Below, piece after piece: positions 5,568 through 5,728 of a DNA stretch of 5,728 nucleotides. The translations under genes and the position numbers were made by a program. Each line of letters opens with the position of its first letter. Position 1 is the stretch's first letter. This DNA comes from a virus, in IMG/VR virus record IMGVR_UViG_3300045988_001437, positions 1 through 5,728 of that record; one strand, given 5' to 3'. Below the pieces are notes generated by a model. It saw only the letters and a list, made by a program, of their open reading frames with translations, had not been told where the DNA came from and did not search any database.

Positions 5568-5683
5568 AGTCTGATTCCCCCTCTGCTCGGTTTCGGATTG
5601 ACGTTGATCTTTTTGGTTTTCTTTGCGGTGTTGGTGAAGATTTTCTTGTCGATCTTCGGTTTAACGGTCTTGCGGTATGCCAT
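5564..5683 (-). CDS. Small, highly basic 39-aa protein, MAYRKTVKPKIDKKIFTNTAKKTKKINVNPKPSRGGIRL. It resembles the Microviridae J or gokushovirus ORF8 DNA-binding and packaging peptide.
   Basis: ATG at 5681-5683 on the minus strand, preceded by a strong SD AAGGAGGTG with 6-nt spacing. 40 codons, 11 Lys and 3 Arg. The stop TGA overlaps the ATG of the next gene as ATGA. It is below the length cutoff of the supplied ORF track and I translated it by hand. Confidence 0.6.
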   Translation of the reverse strand: MAYRKTVKPKIDKKIFTNTAKKTKKINVNPKPSRGGIRL

Positions 5684-5728
5684 GATACCACCTCCTTTTT
5701 CTCTCATTTTACCAAAAAAAAAAAAAAC
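5654..5728. repeat. Second copy of the 75-nt terminal redundancy, matching 1-75.
   Basis: Exact identity to window positions 1-75. Confidence 0.9.

Noticed and set aside
5392-5691. 99-aa minus-strand ORF in the alternative frame over the RHH71 and J-like genes.
   Set aside because: It is out of frame with two genes that have proper SDs and an ATGA coupling junction. The product is Arg/Asn/Pro-rich and low-complexity.

Overview
This window is a complete circular Microviridae genome of the gokushovirus type, an ssDNA phage. It is shown as the strand complementary to the coding strand, and every convincing gene is on the minus strand. Bases 1-75 are repeated exactly at 5654-5728, so the unit genome is 5653 nt and the window was cut from a circle. 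Read along the minus strand from high to low coordinates, the genes run: a 39-aa basic J/ORF8-like DNA-binding peptide, then a 71-aa ribbon-helix-helix (RHH) protein, then a 92-aa hypothetical protein that may be VP5-like. These are followed by the VP3 internal scaffold protein (166 aa), the VP1 major capsid protein (537 aa) and the VP2 minor capsid or pilot protein (310 aa). Next come a 54-aa CopG-like RHH protein, an 18-bp perfect hairpin, and the VP4 rolling-circle Rep (371 aa, carrying an HUH motif and a YxxRYxxK motif). After Rep there is a GNRA-loop terminator hairpin. Beyond it lies a self-contained cassette: a consensus sigma70 promoter, a strong RBS, a 54-aa highly acidic ORF, and a hairpin followed by T14. 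Three features look new for this family. First, there are two RHH regulators. Second, two homologous near-consensus promoters each carry GGTGTA direct repeats at 13-bp spacing across the -10 element, one of them driving an RHH-then-Rep operon that resembles the copG-repB copy-control module of rolling-circle plasmids. Third, the acidic ORF is an autonomous accessory gene. No tRNA, rRNA, CRISPR array or transposon is visible. The plus-strand ORFs in the supplied track appear spurious.
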